From: the human T2T-CHM13v2.0 reference genome, Homo sapiens
Assembly (NCBI RefSeq): GCF_009914755.1
Contig: NC_060929.1
DNA length: 64,000 nt
Reading direction: 5' to 3' (one strand)
In this document: positions 12,486-26,256 of the stretch, one piece after another
How positions within the stretch are numbered: the stretch's first letter is position 1
Layout of the letters: every line of letters begins with the position of its first letter
Translations under genes and position numbers: made by a program
Notes under the pieces: model-generated
The model's input: the letters and a program-made list of their open reading frames with translations, nothing else
Databases searched by the model: none
What the model was told of the DNA's origin: nothing

Positions 12486-12729
12486 GGGTTTAAGGTTTGT
12501 AAAATGAAAAAAGGAAGCAGATAAACTAAATTAGAGGAGATATAGAGTAAATAGCAGACATAAAGAAGATATAAAAAATAGCAGATATAAAATGGGATAA
12601 ATTGGGTCGAGGAGTTAGAATGAGAAGTCAAGTATAATTTAATACTAATTCCTATAGGAAAGATTAAGAATACAGAAGAGAAACAAGTTTTGGTTGTCTA
12701 TGTGCATGTTTGGGTATGTTTGTAGGAGG

Positions 12730-13270
12730 TAAGGAGACTTGGTGCCCAGAGTTTAGCTATAGATAAGCACCTGCACAATTTCCATATGAATATATGCAGA
12801 AAGCAGTGGGGAATATGGGTCTGGTGCCAGGAGGATGAGAAATGCTGATTTGGGAGTCCTCCAGAATTGTAAATTGTGTTTGATAAGTGCAAATTAGAGT
12901 TACTAAGGAGAGCATACATGTTGTGAATAGAAGTGGATCAAAGGTGAGTCTTTTGGGGGAAAAAAATCGTATTATTCATGGATGAGGATAAGAAATAAGG
13001 AGCAAAGAACAGAAGGAAGAACATGATAAATGGGAGAAAATCCTGTAAGACTCAAATAAAGAGAAGTTTTCAAGAAGTTAGGGATCGTCAATTGTATCAA
13101 ATCCTAAAGCTGGTTCATGAAGGGTTAAGAGTGAAAATGTCCCTTTAGATTGGATTATAAACCTGGATTATGCATAGAGTGCTTAAGTCAGAAGCCAGTC
13201 GGTGGTGTGGGTGGAGGGGCGCTTGAGAAGTGAAGGAATGTGAGGAAACAGGAAGCATATCTCTAAAAAA
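12730..13270 (-). mobile_element. L2 fragment
   Basis: Purine-rich antisense L2 motifs: gatttgggagtc, gtttcaagaag, gaaaatgtccctttagattgg. Confidence 0.65.
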
Positions 13271-13729
13271 GAGTTCTGAAAATTCTAAATTCTGATAATA
13301 AAGCCCAGGGCCAATTCAACAAGGAATCTGAGAAGATATAAGCAATTCCTAGCTTGTATTGTGTCCAATTGTTTGCTGTACAGTGTCCAATCTGGGACAT
13401 TCTGCCAAAGTTTATGAACAATTCCAAAATGCTCAAAACATATTTGTCAAAGAAAATACTTCATCAATTTAAATTCAATGTGTGAAAATGGTTATGGTAA
13501 CATCATTAGAAATATGATCATTATTAGTATATGCATTTTACTAATTTTTCATGAGAAGTTTCATTTTTTAACATGGAGAATCCAAAGACTTTCAAAATAT
13601 GAAGACTTTGAGTAGGACACTGGAGAGATAAAGTTTAAAAGATCCATTATCGTAAAAGTGTTTACAATATTTTTGACTGGTTTCAGAATAAATTATTTAT
13701 TACTAATAAAGTTCCCCATTATTATTTTT

Positions 13730-13836
13730 GATAGTATGCTCCATGAAGTCAGAAACCTCATCTGGTTAGCACACCATTATATTCACATAACGCAGAATCT
13801 GGCTCAAAATGAATGCAAAATAAATACATGGTGAAT
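13730..13836 (+). mobile_element. L2 3' end
   Basis: gctccatgaagtcagaaacc...aataaatacatggtgaat. Confidence 0.55.
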
Positions 13837-14439
13837 ATTTATAGTGCTCACCTCGGTTACACTGTTCATTCACATGTATATTCTCACTGGGCCTAAATAT
13901 ATCTAAATTCTTTTGTTTTAGAAAGAGTGAGACAAATAATTGATATGTAGTATATTAAAATTTACATGTGTCCAGGCTTATCTACTAAAACATCAGAAAG
14001 CATAAATGAGTATTTGTAGAAATTTTATTGACATCAGATTCCAGATAAAGTTTACCAAAGCAGAACAATGTGAATCTAATTCAATTTTTAAACTTCAAGT
14101 TTCAATAAACAACATTAAATGTTACTGCAACAACATCATTCTCAGCACAGTATGACTTCTTATAGCATTGCAGAGAAAGATAACCAAATTTGAGGTCAAG
14201 ATAGGTTTGTTTTTATTTTAAGTTTCATATAAAATTATTTCACTCAATATACTTAAGGTGAAGATGTTCATTTCAACTACCAGCTTTTTACTTTGGCTCC
14301 AAACTTAGTAGAAGACCTTTAACTTCCAACACATTTGATCATTGTATATCATTTCTACAAAGATTAATTGCACAAAAAGATAATCTTTCAAATACGAATA
14401 TGAAACAAAATAATAAAGATATATTTAAATTTGATAAAG

Positions 14440-14739
14440 GGCCAGGCACAGTGGCTTACACCTGTAATCCCAGCACTTTGGGAGGCAAAGGCAGGAAGCT
14501 CTCTTGAGGTCAGGCATTTGAGACCAGCCCCGCAACATGGCAAGCTCGGCAACACACATAATTTAAAAGTTAGCTAAGTGTGGTAGCATGCACCTGTAGT
14601 CCTAGCTACTTGAGAGGCTGAGGTGGGAGGATTGCCTGGGCCCAGGAATTCAAGGGTGCAATGAGTCATGACTGAGCCACTGCACTCCAGCCTGGACAAC
14701 AGAGTGAGACTCTGTCTCTAAAAAACAAACCAAACAAAA
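14440..14739 (+). mobile_element. AluJ-like element
   Basis: ggccaggcacagtggcttacacctgtaatccc...ggtgggaggattgcctgggcccaggaattcaagg (J-type right arm); A-rich tail. Confidence 0.95.
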
Positions 14740-14752
14740 TGATTAAAATGTT

Positions 14753-15138
14753 TGTATTAGTCTGCTCTCACATTGCTATAAAGAAAAACCTGACACTGGG
14801 TAATTTATAAAGAAAAGAGTTTTAATTGGCTCACAGTTCTGCAGATTGTACAGGAAACATAGTGGCTTCTGCAGAAGACTCGAGAAACTTTGAATCATGG
14901 CAGAAAGAGAAAGGGAAGCAGACACAACTTACACAGCCAAAGCAGGAGGAAGGGAGTGGAGGCGCCACACACTTCAAACAACCAGACCTCACGACAACTC
15001 ACTCACTAGCATGAGAACATCACTCAGGGGAAATTTGCCCCTATGATCCAATCACCTCCCACCCAAACTGCACCTCCAACATTGGGGATTACAATTCAAC
15101 ATGAGATTTGTGAGAGAACACAGATTCAAACCATATCA
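14753..15138 (-). mobile_element. MST (MSTB-like) solo LTR
   Basis: tgtattagtctg...cattgctataaagaaa...ggctcacagttctgcag...aaaccatatca; TSD atgtt/atctt. Confidence 0.92.
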
Positions 15139-16546
15139 ATCTTCAAATTTAATTCTGTATAACTCTGAGGTGTCTTCAAAAGTATAGGTTGGGAAAGTAG
15201 TTCATTTTCACTTACACTTAAGAGCAAGGATAAAAACTTTGGGTGGAAGAACAAAAACATCATTATAGACATTCTCACTACTTTATTCTCTCAAAGTGTA
15301 TTGGCAGAAATGTACCACGAGAGTGAGAACAGTCAATAAAAAAGGATATGTTGCAATGCAATGTTCCAAATAGGTCCTGGAATTGTTGCTTGATTTTTAA
15401 TGCTTTCTTTTAAAATAAACTAATATGATTACCCCCCATTGAAAATAAAATGCAAAACTCTTATTCAGTAAGGAAAAGATGGAGAAATATATTACAAATT
15501 AGGCAAATTTCTCTACCCCTTTATTAAACTTTGTTTAAATTGAGAGGTATGAATAATTCCTTTTTATTCACACTTTCATAGTGACTCACACTCTATCTTT
15601 TCTGTGCCATAAACTAGTATTATAGCATTTTCATGAATGGATGCATTAATAATAATATGGCCATTTATATTCAGACTTTAGCAAACCTCACCTTGAGGGA
15701 ACTTTTTTCTCGTTGACTTGATTCATTATTAGTCTAGCTAACAGGATCCCAGTTTCTCAGCATCAGTGTCCTATTTAGTTCTCATTTGTAATATCATAAC
15801 CTTTGCTTAACCTCTCATTCAGGGAAGTCTTACAGTTCCTCTTCTACACTGAAACATTGCATAAATATTTAAATGTTAATTCAGAGAGTGTAAGAATGAT
15901 GTCAAAATGTCCCTTAGAGTCAAAATTTCATTGAATTTGGAGTAGTAGCATTATGATATGATCTAAAAATTCAAAACGTGTCAATTTTTCCCCTCTGGCT
16001 GAAGTAGTGTTTATTCATGAAAGATTTTTAAAATACCTTGAAGGTCCGAGGGTGTTCTCCCTATAGTCCTTTTATTTTAAAGACAAATGAGAACTTGTCA
16101 AACAGTTCAGAAAATTGTGCAAATAATTATGGAGATGCCAGTCAAGAAAGCTGCATTTCCTTACTTCTCAAAATGTGGCTTTGATAAGTCAAAAAACTTT
16201 TCAACCTGCTTATCTTGTACATTACGCCCACAAAATCCCTGAACTAATCATAGCTTATGAAACCATGTTGTCAAAATAAAAAAATTATAAAGGTATATAA
16301 ACTTGATATTAGATTAATTTCAGCAGTCATTCAAAGTAGTAATTTAAATACTGAATTTGAGATAAATGCTTCCAGTATTAGGTAGAGATCTTATTTTAAA
16401 AGTAATATGAGAATTCTTGACATACCAAGAGATCAAATTTAAAAGAACTATATATGAGAGTTTTCAATTTGGCAAGATTGCATACTCAAAGATAAATCGA
16501 CATTCCACATGAAAATTTATTCCAATAAAAATATTGTTGAACTCAC

Positions 16547-16972
16547 CGATTTTCGTCTTTTGCACTAACATTGCATAGAGTAAGACCTTTTTGGTTCAAA
16601 ACAACAGAGGTAATGATTGCTCCTTCTTCAATTTTAAAGAGTCATTTATCTTCATGTCTTCTTCAGGATCCTAGATTCTTACTGACCAAATTATGATTAG
16701 CAGGTTTGACAACTTGTGGTTTCTGTACTGCATGTTCACGCTGTAATCCATGTTGTTTAGTGGTCACTGAAGTCCACTGTGTCACCGAAAGAATCAAATG
16801 ACAGAGTTCAGATGAGGTAAGAAAGTGGTATGACATGATCCAGTATTGTTGCAGAAGGTCAAGAAGGTACACTGAGGATTTCTTATGGGCACAAATGGAA
16901 CTTGGAGGTTTAAAGGGAAGTTAGCCCAGGGTGGCTGACTAACACTCTCTCAATCAGAGAGCTTTGAGAAAA
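16547..16972 (-). other. Candidate non-coding or UTR exon
   Basis: Minus-strand acceptor gttgtttaatttcag and donor TCG|gtgagt around repeat-free sequence; no open frame across it. Confidence 0.3.
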
Positions 16973-17024
16973 CTGAAATTAAACAACATCGTTAACAAGA
17001 CACAGTCAACCAAAGTAACTAGTT

Positions 17025-17228
17025 GTATTTATGGAGCAGGAATATATGTGAGAAACTCAAATGTTATGTCATTAATGCAGTATTGCCTATGCACTTGGTA
17101 CTAGACCTATTTCACAGATGAAGGAATTGAGACTCAGAAATGCTCAAGAACACATAGCTATTAATTGACAGAGCCAAATCAATCCCAGTCCTCCTGACAA
17201 TAAGTTCACTGCTCCTCCCACCAGACCA
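17025..17228 (-). mobile_element. MIR
   Basis: tttcacagatgaaggaattgagactcaga...cacatagcta...cagagcca. Confidence 0.75.
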
Positions 17229-17618
17229 CTTATCCTCATCCATGGATTCGAAAACTTCTCCAAAATATATGGGAAGCCATCACGGCATTACTAATGTTTC
17301 TTTTGCCAAGCACATTAAAACGAAAACAAAAAAAGGCTGCTTCCAATCATCATCAGTTCACAAAAGAAAGGGCATTTTACTCTTTAAATTAAATAAATTT
17401 ATTGTTGTGAAAAGTTGAGTATTTCCCTTTTTTTTTTTGGTCATTTCACCACACGTTGGTGAGACGTCTGCCTCGGAATGGAGTGGTTCATAGATCACTA
17501 TTTAGGATCCTGTTCTTTGCCACAGCTACCTTCCAGTATCAGCCCAGAATCAGTGCTGGAATTTTATTATAGCTGAATCATCTGCAGACAAATTTTGGAA
17601 CACTCTCTAGAATATGTA

Positions 17619-17785
17619 TCATATTTCTTTGATTCTAAGTCACATTTTAATTTTTTTAAATTGGGATATGACTAAAAATTTCAATAGACATTTAATATAA
17701 TTATTTATTTTTCTCCACAAATGCTGTATTTAATTCAGCAATGGATCTTTATAATCACTGATACCATAGTCTACAAAAATGCTAT
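17619..17785 (+). mobile_element. Possible MER104-like TcMar-Tc2 fossil
   Basis: catatttctttgattctaagtcacatttt...aaattgggatatg resembles the MER104 5' end. Confidence 0.35.
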
Positions 17786-18639
17786 GTGTTTTGAATGAAC
17801 TGATAGATGTTCAGACAAAAAAATATAAAATATATTTAACAATTTCCAGTTCTCAATATCCAGTGACAGGAAAAGAGCACTCACTCAATAACTGTCTGTT
17901 ACTTAGAAGTGAAATAAAGAGACAGGTTTCTATGCCTCTCCAGACACCTTTGCAGGATTCTAATTTAGCAACCAACATCCTCTAAGAAACTGAAGGTTAA
18001 CAAAAAGCAGTCCGAACATGAGGTTTAATTTATTTATTTTTGCCTATAAATAACTCTCTTATCTAGGGTATCGGGAAATGATGTGTTCTGGTTAATAAAA
18101 TATTCTGGTTAATATATTATTACCCTACTTAATTCCATGCATATATCACTGATTATGAAAAATTAAACCACAATAATATATACTTAGCACAAAATTAGAC
18201 TGAAGTAAAGTATTATCTTTTCCTTGATGACTTAAGATGTACTTCAAAGCCTCAAGTTTATCATTATGGGAAATCAAGTGCTGTAGTGTATAGATGAACC
18301 AGGTAATAGAACTCTTTTGCTTAACAAGACATTAAATAAACTATATTTTTCACAGTTCATGCTCTTTAATAGATTAATCCAAAATAACACTGCAATTATG
18401 AAGAGTATATTATCTCAAAAATGGACTTTTTTCCAATTTTGTTTTCTTCTCTATATGTCTTGCAGAGATATAGTGATATATAATTTATCCTATATTTTTA
18501 ACTGACTATTGCACCACAAATGTTTTCCAGATTTAGTGGCAAAGTCTTAACATTTACAGCTTTCAGTAACTGAATAATATTCCCTCAGGTTGATTCACCA
18601 TTATTCATTCAAACTTTTCTCCATTTTTGGCCATTTTTG

Positions 18640-18871
18640 TTCTTCTGACATGAACACCTTACCTTTCAATACATTTCTTCAAAGCACTTACTGCTATATG
18701 AAATTATTTGGTTAATGAATTACTTTTGTCTTTATTGTTAGAATAGAGTTTCCATGAGGGCAAGAACTGTGTGTATCTTGTTTATTGCTGAATCCCCAGA
18801 ATGTAGTACAATACCAAATATATCATATGAGACCCAAGAACACATATTGGAACATGAATGAGTGGATGAAT
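18640..18871 (+). mobile_element. L2 3' end
   Basis: tccatgagggcaagaactgtgtgtatcttgtttattgctgaatccccag...tgaatgagtggatgaat. Confidence 0.8.
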
Positions 18872-20499
18872 CATTGTGCATATTTTTATTTGTTTAGGAA
18901 TATTTCTCAGAAATGGGAACTTGGGCCTTGGTGTTTTTGCTTTTAGTTCCATGAGTACACTCAAGTTACAAGTCTAGACAGGAAAGTGGAAATCCTGAGT
19001 AGTTCTTTTAAGGAGCTTTGTAAAACTCAAAGTTGGTAAAGAAAAGTGATATGAGAAAGACAGAATGACAGTGAGGATGAACAAGCAAGATTCTGATCTC
19101 AGAAGAAAGCTTAAGAGCCTGAGGGAAGCAACAGTGAACAAAATGTAGGGGAGTCAAGGGGATCAGAGAATAAGAATAATCAATGAAAATGGGGTCCTTG
19201 GGGAATCATTACTGCATAAAATTGAAAAGTCTTAGGGAGACAAAAGGGAGTCAAAATAGAGAACAGAAAATTATCAGTAAATTACCCAATGAATCCCCGA
19301 ACCAAGCTGACTATTGGACTTGCCTAAAAACAATTTTTTCTCCTTTTTAATAAAAATTACAAGCTTCAGCCCTGGAAATTCTAATTCAGAATGCCTGGAT
19401 ATTGACCTATGAATTTGTATTTTGAAAATATCCCCTGGACATTAAATTAAATGATATCATTAGACATAGAATACAAAAGACATGCAATAAGAAGAAAAAT
19501 TATGCTATTAATTTTAGGCTAATAATGCTAATATTTGTCACTCAGATTGTACCTGGATTGTGAGGATTTTTATAGGTATTGGGGAATTCTAAAAATAATT
19601 ATATCTACTCCTATATCTAATTGTCAATTATTCAAGCTCTATTATATACATATCAAGTGTTAGTAATTAAATAATGGCACACTGTCATAAAACAATTTCG
19701 ATTAGTCTCTTCTTCAGCATGTGATTTTCTGAGCTCTAAGTTGAAACAATCAAGTATATTTCATTCAATTGACAGAAGAGCTATGATGGCTTTTATAGCC
19801 CATTATTGAATTTTTATAGACTACTTGCTTTAAACATGAAACTTCTATTAGAGTCAATGGAATCATACCAAGGATGCCTTGGAAAAATCTGAAAACATTA
19901 ATACAAAGTGCCTTCTTGTCAAGCTGCCCCAGTATCTGGTTGTTTTTATGTAATTGTGTCTTCAAATTCAAATCATCTAAGTTACTGACCATAAAATATG
20001 ACTTTTTGCCCAGTTCAAATTTGTTCTTAGTCACATACTGCTTTTCATTTATCTTCTCTAATGTATCTAACTGATGGGAATGAGATGGTCTAACACTGAA
20101 ATATCCTTGAAAAAGCTGCTCTCACAAGATCTGCAGGTCTATTTTATAGATCAAAACATTTGGCTTTGCCCTGAATAAACCACCAAACTTTTAGAACCTA
20201 TAAGGTGATATCAATTTTTGAAAATGGGAATCAAGCTTACCTAAGAATAGTTTTGAAATGATGCTAGAGTATATGTTGGGAATTAACACTGAAGGTTTAG
20301 CAACATTTCAGGAAATATAAACTCCATGCTTTGAACTATTCATAGCCATTATCAATCTCAAATGATTTTTAGATGTCTGTTTCATACTTTTCAGTAATTT
20401 ATTTGGATGAGTAAAAACCATATTTAGTTCCACAGAAAAAAAGCAATGTAAGAATTTATAGAGACCTTTCTCTTAAAATCAGACAAGTTTTCTTCTATT

Positions 20500-20690
20500 C
20501 ATTTCCTCTTGGCAGAGTGACCATAAACAGGGGACATTATGTCTGAGTCTCAGTTATCTCATATGTAAATGGGTGTAATTTCATCTGCCCCTACCTAGGC
20601 TGTGTCCATGTGAGACTAAATGAGCAGGCATGTGAGCATGACAAAAATGTAAAAAGCTATACAAATTTAAGAAATTTTATTGTTATGTTC
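20500..20690 (+). mobile_element. MIR
   Basis: tctgagtctcagttatctcatatgtaaatggg core. Confidence 0.7.
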
Positions 20691-22154
20691 TAGTAAGGCA
20701 GCATAAATGTTAAATGTTTTGTTGGATTTTTCAATACACTTTCATAGTAAGTTTGATAGTGGAGAGTTTCTATAAGAGACTGAAATGCATCAAGACTGGT
20801 AATGAAAGTAATTCCATTAAACATGTGTAGTTCATTAAGTTATTCCACATGGCACTCAAATCATTAGTATCTTAGATGTAGCAAGGAAGATTGTGAACTA
20901 GTGGTGACAGGTATAAATCTACTACAGAGACAGGGTTACTTTACATGAAGTAAGTATTACTCTAACTCTTGCTATGACTACAAAACACTTCTATTTATTT
21001 CCTTTTTAAAAAAAGCCAAGAGTTCCCATTTAGTTTTGAAATGTTAAAGAGTTTCCTCACAACCTTAGTTGGATCTTTTTTTCTTTTTTTTTTACAAAAC
21101 ACATGGTGCAAATTGACTGTTAAACATCCACGTCTAGCTCATTTAGCACAGAGCACTGAATCACTGTCTTGGCAATAATGAATTTGCTTTCCAGATTAAA
21201 TCAAACTAATTATATTCTGGTTACTTGACTGTGAAGTCATATGACACCACTCTTAATTTGTTTATGCCATATTACTCATTGGTTAAGAGAGGATCTATTC
21301 ATATGTTGATCAGTGGAGAAGGTCGTTGCCATTATACACACATTAACATACTCATGATTCAAAGATGTTGCTCCTGATGGGTTTATTCCCTCCTGTGAGC
21401 AAGGTTTGACTTGAGATGTTTCTGCCAGTGATAACTCTTAACCACATAATTCAAAAATTATAATGTGCAAGCTTGTAGCCATTTGTATGCTATAAGCTTA
21501 AGTTAAACTTTGTCAATACTGTTTTCAATTCATCTAGAATAGAAGAGAAAGAGAGACAAAGTGAATTTATCATAGCTAATATATGACATGAACATCTGCT
21601 CATAATAAGCTAGTCAAAATTAGTTTAAGTCTATCAGGCACAAGGAGAATTTAAATGGTCCAAGACAAGGTATCCAGGCTAATGAAGAGACTGCTGTAAG
21701 AATATCGCTGAGATTCTTTAAAGTTTTTTATTATCTGCCACCCATACCCTTCTTTAAATCCCAGGTTGAGACTGTCACATTGACATCTCACATTCCTCTC
21801 TCCACGCCTTAGGCTGGCTACTAGACACAGAGACAAGAATTGTGATGTGATTTTTTTTTTTCAATATTCTTTTCACATTCACTTTCCATCTCATTTTGAC
21901 TTTTTTTTTTCTTCTTTTTAATTTAATCCTGTAATCTCCTTGAACTTTACTACAGGATATTTTCCACTGATCCATCATTTTTAACAAAAGCCTCCCTATC
22001 AGAAAGTGACAGATTCTCATAATTTGAGGGGACAGCTTTAGCGCAGCAATCCTGCTTGTAAACTTCCTCCTCTTCAAATCACTTCTTCCATTCTTCCATG
22101 ACTTCTGTCCTGAGGCTGTTTGAAAGCAACACAGAAGACTTTCACATTAGCCCC

Positions 22155-22345
22155 CTGAGATTTCAAATCCTGCCAACACCACTTATTAAGTGTCTGTGGC
22201 CTAGATAAGTTGCTTAACTATTCTGAATCTCGGTTTATTTGTAAAATAGAGATAAACAATATTCACCTCATGAGACAGTGATAAGGACTAAAAGTGATCA
22301 AGCATGTGAAAAATATTGGCATAGTACAGGATATGTAATATATTA
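22155..22345 (+). mobile_element. MIR
   Basis: ttcaaatcctgcc...aagttgcttaactattctgaatctcggttt...gtaaaatagagata. Confidence 0.75.
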
Positions 22346-22477
22346 CTGTATAGGTCATCGTACTTGAATTTGAAGTTAACACTCTTTCACTTCAATTGCG
22401 CCAGTTATCTCCAATGTAATGATTCTAAAACATTCCTTACAATTTAATTCAAACTATCACTTCAAAAACTACTTCGT

Positions 22478-22800
22478 GTGTATCAGTCAGCTTCTGATGT
22501 ATAAGTCACCCAAAAACTTAGTTGCATAAGACAATGGTGAATAACTATATCTCTGTATTATCCATAATTGTGTAGACTGGTCAGACTGGTCTTCTGATCC
22601 AGCCTCAACGGTGGTGTAGAATGGCCTCAATCACATGCTTGGGGCCTCAGCTGGAGTAGTTGTGATGACTTGGTTAGAACAGCTGGGGCCTTTCTTGCCT
22701 CATGTCCTTATCTTCCAGTAGGCCAGCCCAAGTTTTTTGACATCATGGTAGAAAGATTCCCATCAACAAAAAAGAAGAAGCCCCAATGTTTGTGTCATAT
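22478..22800 (-). mobile_element. Old MLT1 (H/I/J-like) LTR fragment
   Basis: tgtatcagtcagct...cacccaaaaacttagttgc...atggcctcaatcacatg...ggcctcagctgg. Confidence 0.65.
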
Positions 22801-22829
22801 TAGTGTTAAATTTTTAGGTATAGAAAAAA

Positions 22830-23055
22830 CACTCAAAGAATATATTTGAAGCCTGACAACTCTCGGGTTAATACTCCATTTCTGCTACTAATTCTTGGAA
22901 TGATCTTGAGCAAGCTATTTATCTTCTATACAAGCCAGTTTCCTCATCTGAAAAGTAATTGAATAGTACAGGATTAGTGACAGAGTAAAATAGGATAACA
23001 TGAATAATTTCATTGATTTAGCACTTGGCAATTGGTAGAATAAATGTTAGCTTCC
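22830..23055 (+). mobile_element. MIR
   Basis: tgatcttgagcaagcta...cagtttcctcatctgaaaa...aataaatgttagct. Confidence 0.8.
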
Positions 23056-24759
23056 TTCTACCACCACCTGCCCTTTGAGTTTTTTTTGTTTTTGTTTTTG
23101 TTTTTTTGGTATTACCACCAACACAATTACTACTCCATTACTTCACATAAAAACACAAAATATCACAATGTTCCTTATCTGAGAACTGAATATTGCTGTA
23201 GTTATTATACTAGATTAAAATGTTAATCCAGAATCATAAAATCCACATTTTTATACTTAGAACAAGAAATAATATCTATCAGAACTACTCCTACTTAGTT
23301 AATATTAAATTTCCCTCTAATTATTTGCTATTGTAAAGCTAAGACTTCCACAGGTAAAAATTAAAGAATTCATGGCACAATTAAATGGGTCTAGTTTCTC
23401 CAGTGCCTTAAAAATAAATAGATTTTATAAATAAACCAGAAAATCTATGAGCCAAAATATTGAGAAATGTTTTCTGTATTAGAATTCCTTAAAGATACAT
23501 AAAAATCCTTATTTAAGCATATTCAAGGATGCATTTAATAAATATGGAAAACTATTTACAAATTACTTAAGGTTATTAGGGTATTTTCTGTTGATAATGC
23601 TGTAGTACTGTAAAAATTAATAGTAAAGAAAACAAATGTACAAATGAGTAAGACCAATATTAAGGACATTTAGCTATTTGGAAAAAAAAAAAAAGAGAGT
23701 ACAATTCTTTACAATTCTTTGAAGAGAATAAATTTGATTCGACCATTACATATCAGTAATGATGCAAACATCTGTGTGTCACAGCACTTCATATCTAAAA
23801 TCAGGGGTTAATCTCATAAGAGAACACGTTTCAGCTTCTATGGGAAGAAAAATCTGCCTTTTCACTTCCCAAATCAGAGATGTCTCTCCTCTCTCCCCAT
23901 ATAGCAATCCCCTGCTCCACCTCTCCCTCCTGAGAGGAGGAAAAACTAATAGGGCTGGTCACATTCAGGCCACTGTTTCATTGCATTTACTATTGAGCAG
24001 AAACTCACAGGCCTCCAGGGAATGGGATTGGTAAAAAAGGCCAAGGCCTTTTAGGGCCATGCCATCTTGTCTTCTTCTTCCTTCTTCTCACATGTAGACT
24101 TGGTCCCTTGGGAGTTCTCATTCTCACCTATGGGGACTTAGCAGCTGAGTAAGAATGAAATTATGTCTTAGGTGATACATAGAATACTAACTGGTCACGC
24201 ACCTGAGGCGGGTTCTCTCTGACACAACTGACCAGAGAGCTCAACTTTGCAGCATCAGATTACTAGCCAAGTCCACATAAAACAGCCCATGCTGTCTCAT
24301 TTGTCATTGTTGCTTGTGGGCATAGCTTCTTCAAGAACTTCAAGTGATTGACAAGGCCTTATTTAGGTATTCTCTATTCCTTGGTGATAACACTGAGTGC
24401 CACCACCATCCGTTTGGTATTTATCAATATTCATTGTAGACAACATTTCAATACTTCTTTCATTAAAAACAGTGACATTAAAATACTGGCAGAATATGTC
24501 ACAATAAACAATTTTTTTAGTTCTTCTCAATCTACTGAAATATTGATATAAAAGATATCCATGGCACGGTTTTACATTGCTATCATGGAAATATGGAAGG
24601 AAGTTAAAATCCCAGATTTTCCTAAGCCCCGGCAGTGTAGCTTCTTTAGCCAGAAAATAAGATTTGCCATAGAAATGGCAGAACAAAAACTAACATCCAC
24701 AAAACATTGACTGTGAAGCAGGCACTGCTCTAAGACATCTGCATTATGTCCTTTTTTAA

Positions 24760-24901
24760 TACTCACAAGAATGTGAGACTTTGATGAGGTTTTGCAATTA
24801 ACCCAAGATTGCTCATGTCGAAAGGGGGGAAATCAGGATTCAAACCTGGTGGTGATTTAATTCTAGAGTCTAAACTCTGAACTATTCCCCAGTGCTGCCT
24901 C
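24760..24901 (-). mobile_element. MIR
   Basis: caggattcaaacctgg...ttctagagtc...gtgctgcctc. Confidence 0.65.
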
Positions 24902-24929
24902 TGATAAACAAATCTTTCAGTGGACAATA

Positions 24930-25050
24930 CTTATTCAATCATTAAATATGTGAGAAACTTCTATATGCAAAACATTCTGATGGATGCTTCATAAAATACA
25001 ATAATACATAAGTTATAGTGCCTGTCATCAAGGAGTTGATAAACTTGTAA
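24930..25050 (-). mobile_element. L2 3' end
   Basis: attcaatcattaaatatg...ctatatgcaa...cctgtcatcaaggagtt. Confidence 0.55.
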
Positions 25051-25915
25051 TGCAGTAATGCATCACAAGTATCTCACATCAAAAATGTACATAAATATGA
25101 GTAATGATATGGAAGAAGGGTAAGGTGTGGAAGAAGGAAAAGGCTATTGCCTGACAGGAAGATCTTGGCCAAATCCTCTTCAGCAATTTCCTTCAAAGTA
25201 CTAAAAAAAAATCTTAGATCATGAGTTAGATTTTAGTATGACAGAAAAATAAATGACAGGAATTTTTCTGTTCCACAGCTGCAGAAGAATTGTCAGAAAC
25301 ATGCTTTATCCTGATGGAAGTTAAAAAACCAGCTAGTCACTTCAAATTTAGATGTTTCAACATATGATGACCACATGTGTTTTGAAGTATTTAATAATCA
25401 AATGTAAATAAGGGAATAAGATCAAACCCTTCACTAGCTACTTGGTTTTGATGAGTTGTCATCGCTTACTCCTGTTTTCTATAAATAGATTAGGCACAAT
25501 GACTTCAATTCAGTGTATAATTATCCCACATCTACTGAGTACAAAGCATGGCAGGTAAGTCTGGTCGCATGGCAGTAGGGCACATGAAGGTAAAATAGAT
25601 CAGTCTACCACAGGGGAGACTATTCACTAACCTAGAGGGATAGGGAGTACATAAAGTACATAGAGTCATTTTAAACACTACCAAAAGAGACCCAAAAAAG
25701 CCTAAATTTTAAATGGCCAGAACACCATCTGTCTGTGTTCCTTTCATCTAGGCTGCAAACTTTAGTAATTTGTATTCATGAGGTCATATTCTCAGAGTTG
25801 TTTGTGTTCCACAATGAAAAAAATGATGTGAACTTGAGTAAGCATCACTTGGATTGTGTGAATACTAAGGATGATCTTTTATGTATAACTATTTAAATAT
25901 TCATAATTTTATTGA

Positions 25916-26256
<341 letters not shown>

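Noticed and set aside
5723-15138. MaLR LTR pair as an intact MST element
   Set aside because: Different subfamilies, separate TSDs and no internal MaLR sequence
24035-24052. aaaaggcc-aa-ggcctttt hairpin as a terminator
   Set aside because: Short, expected by chance, and bacterial-type terminators do not apply here
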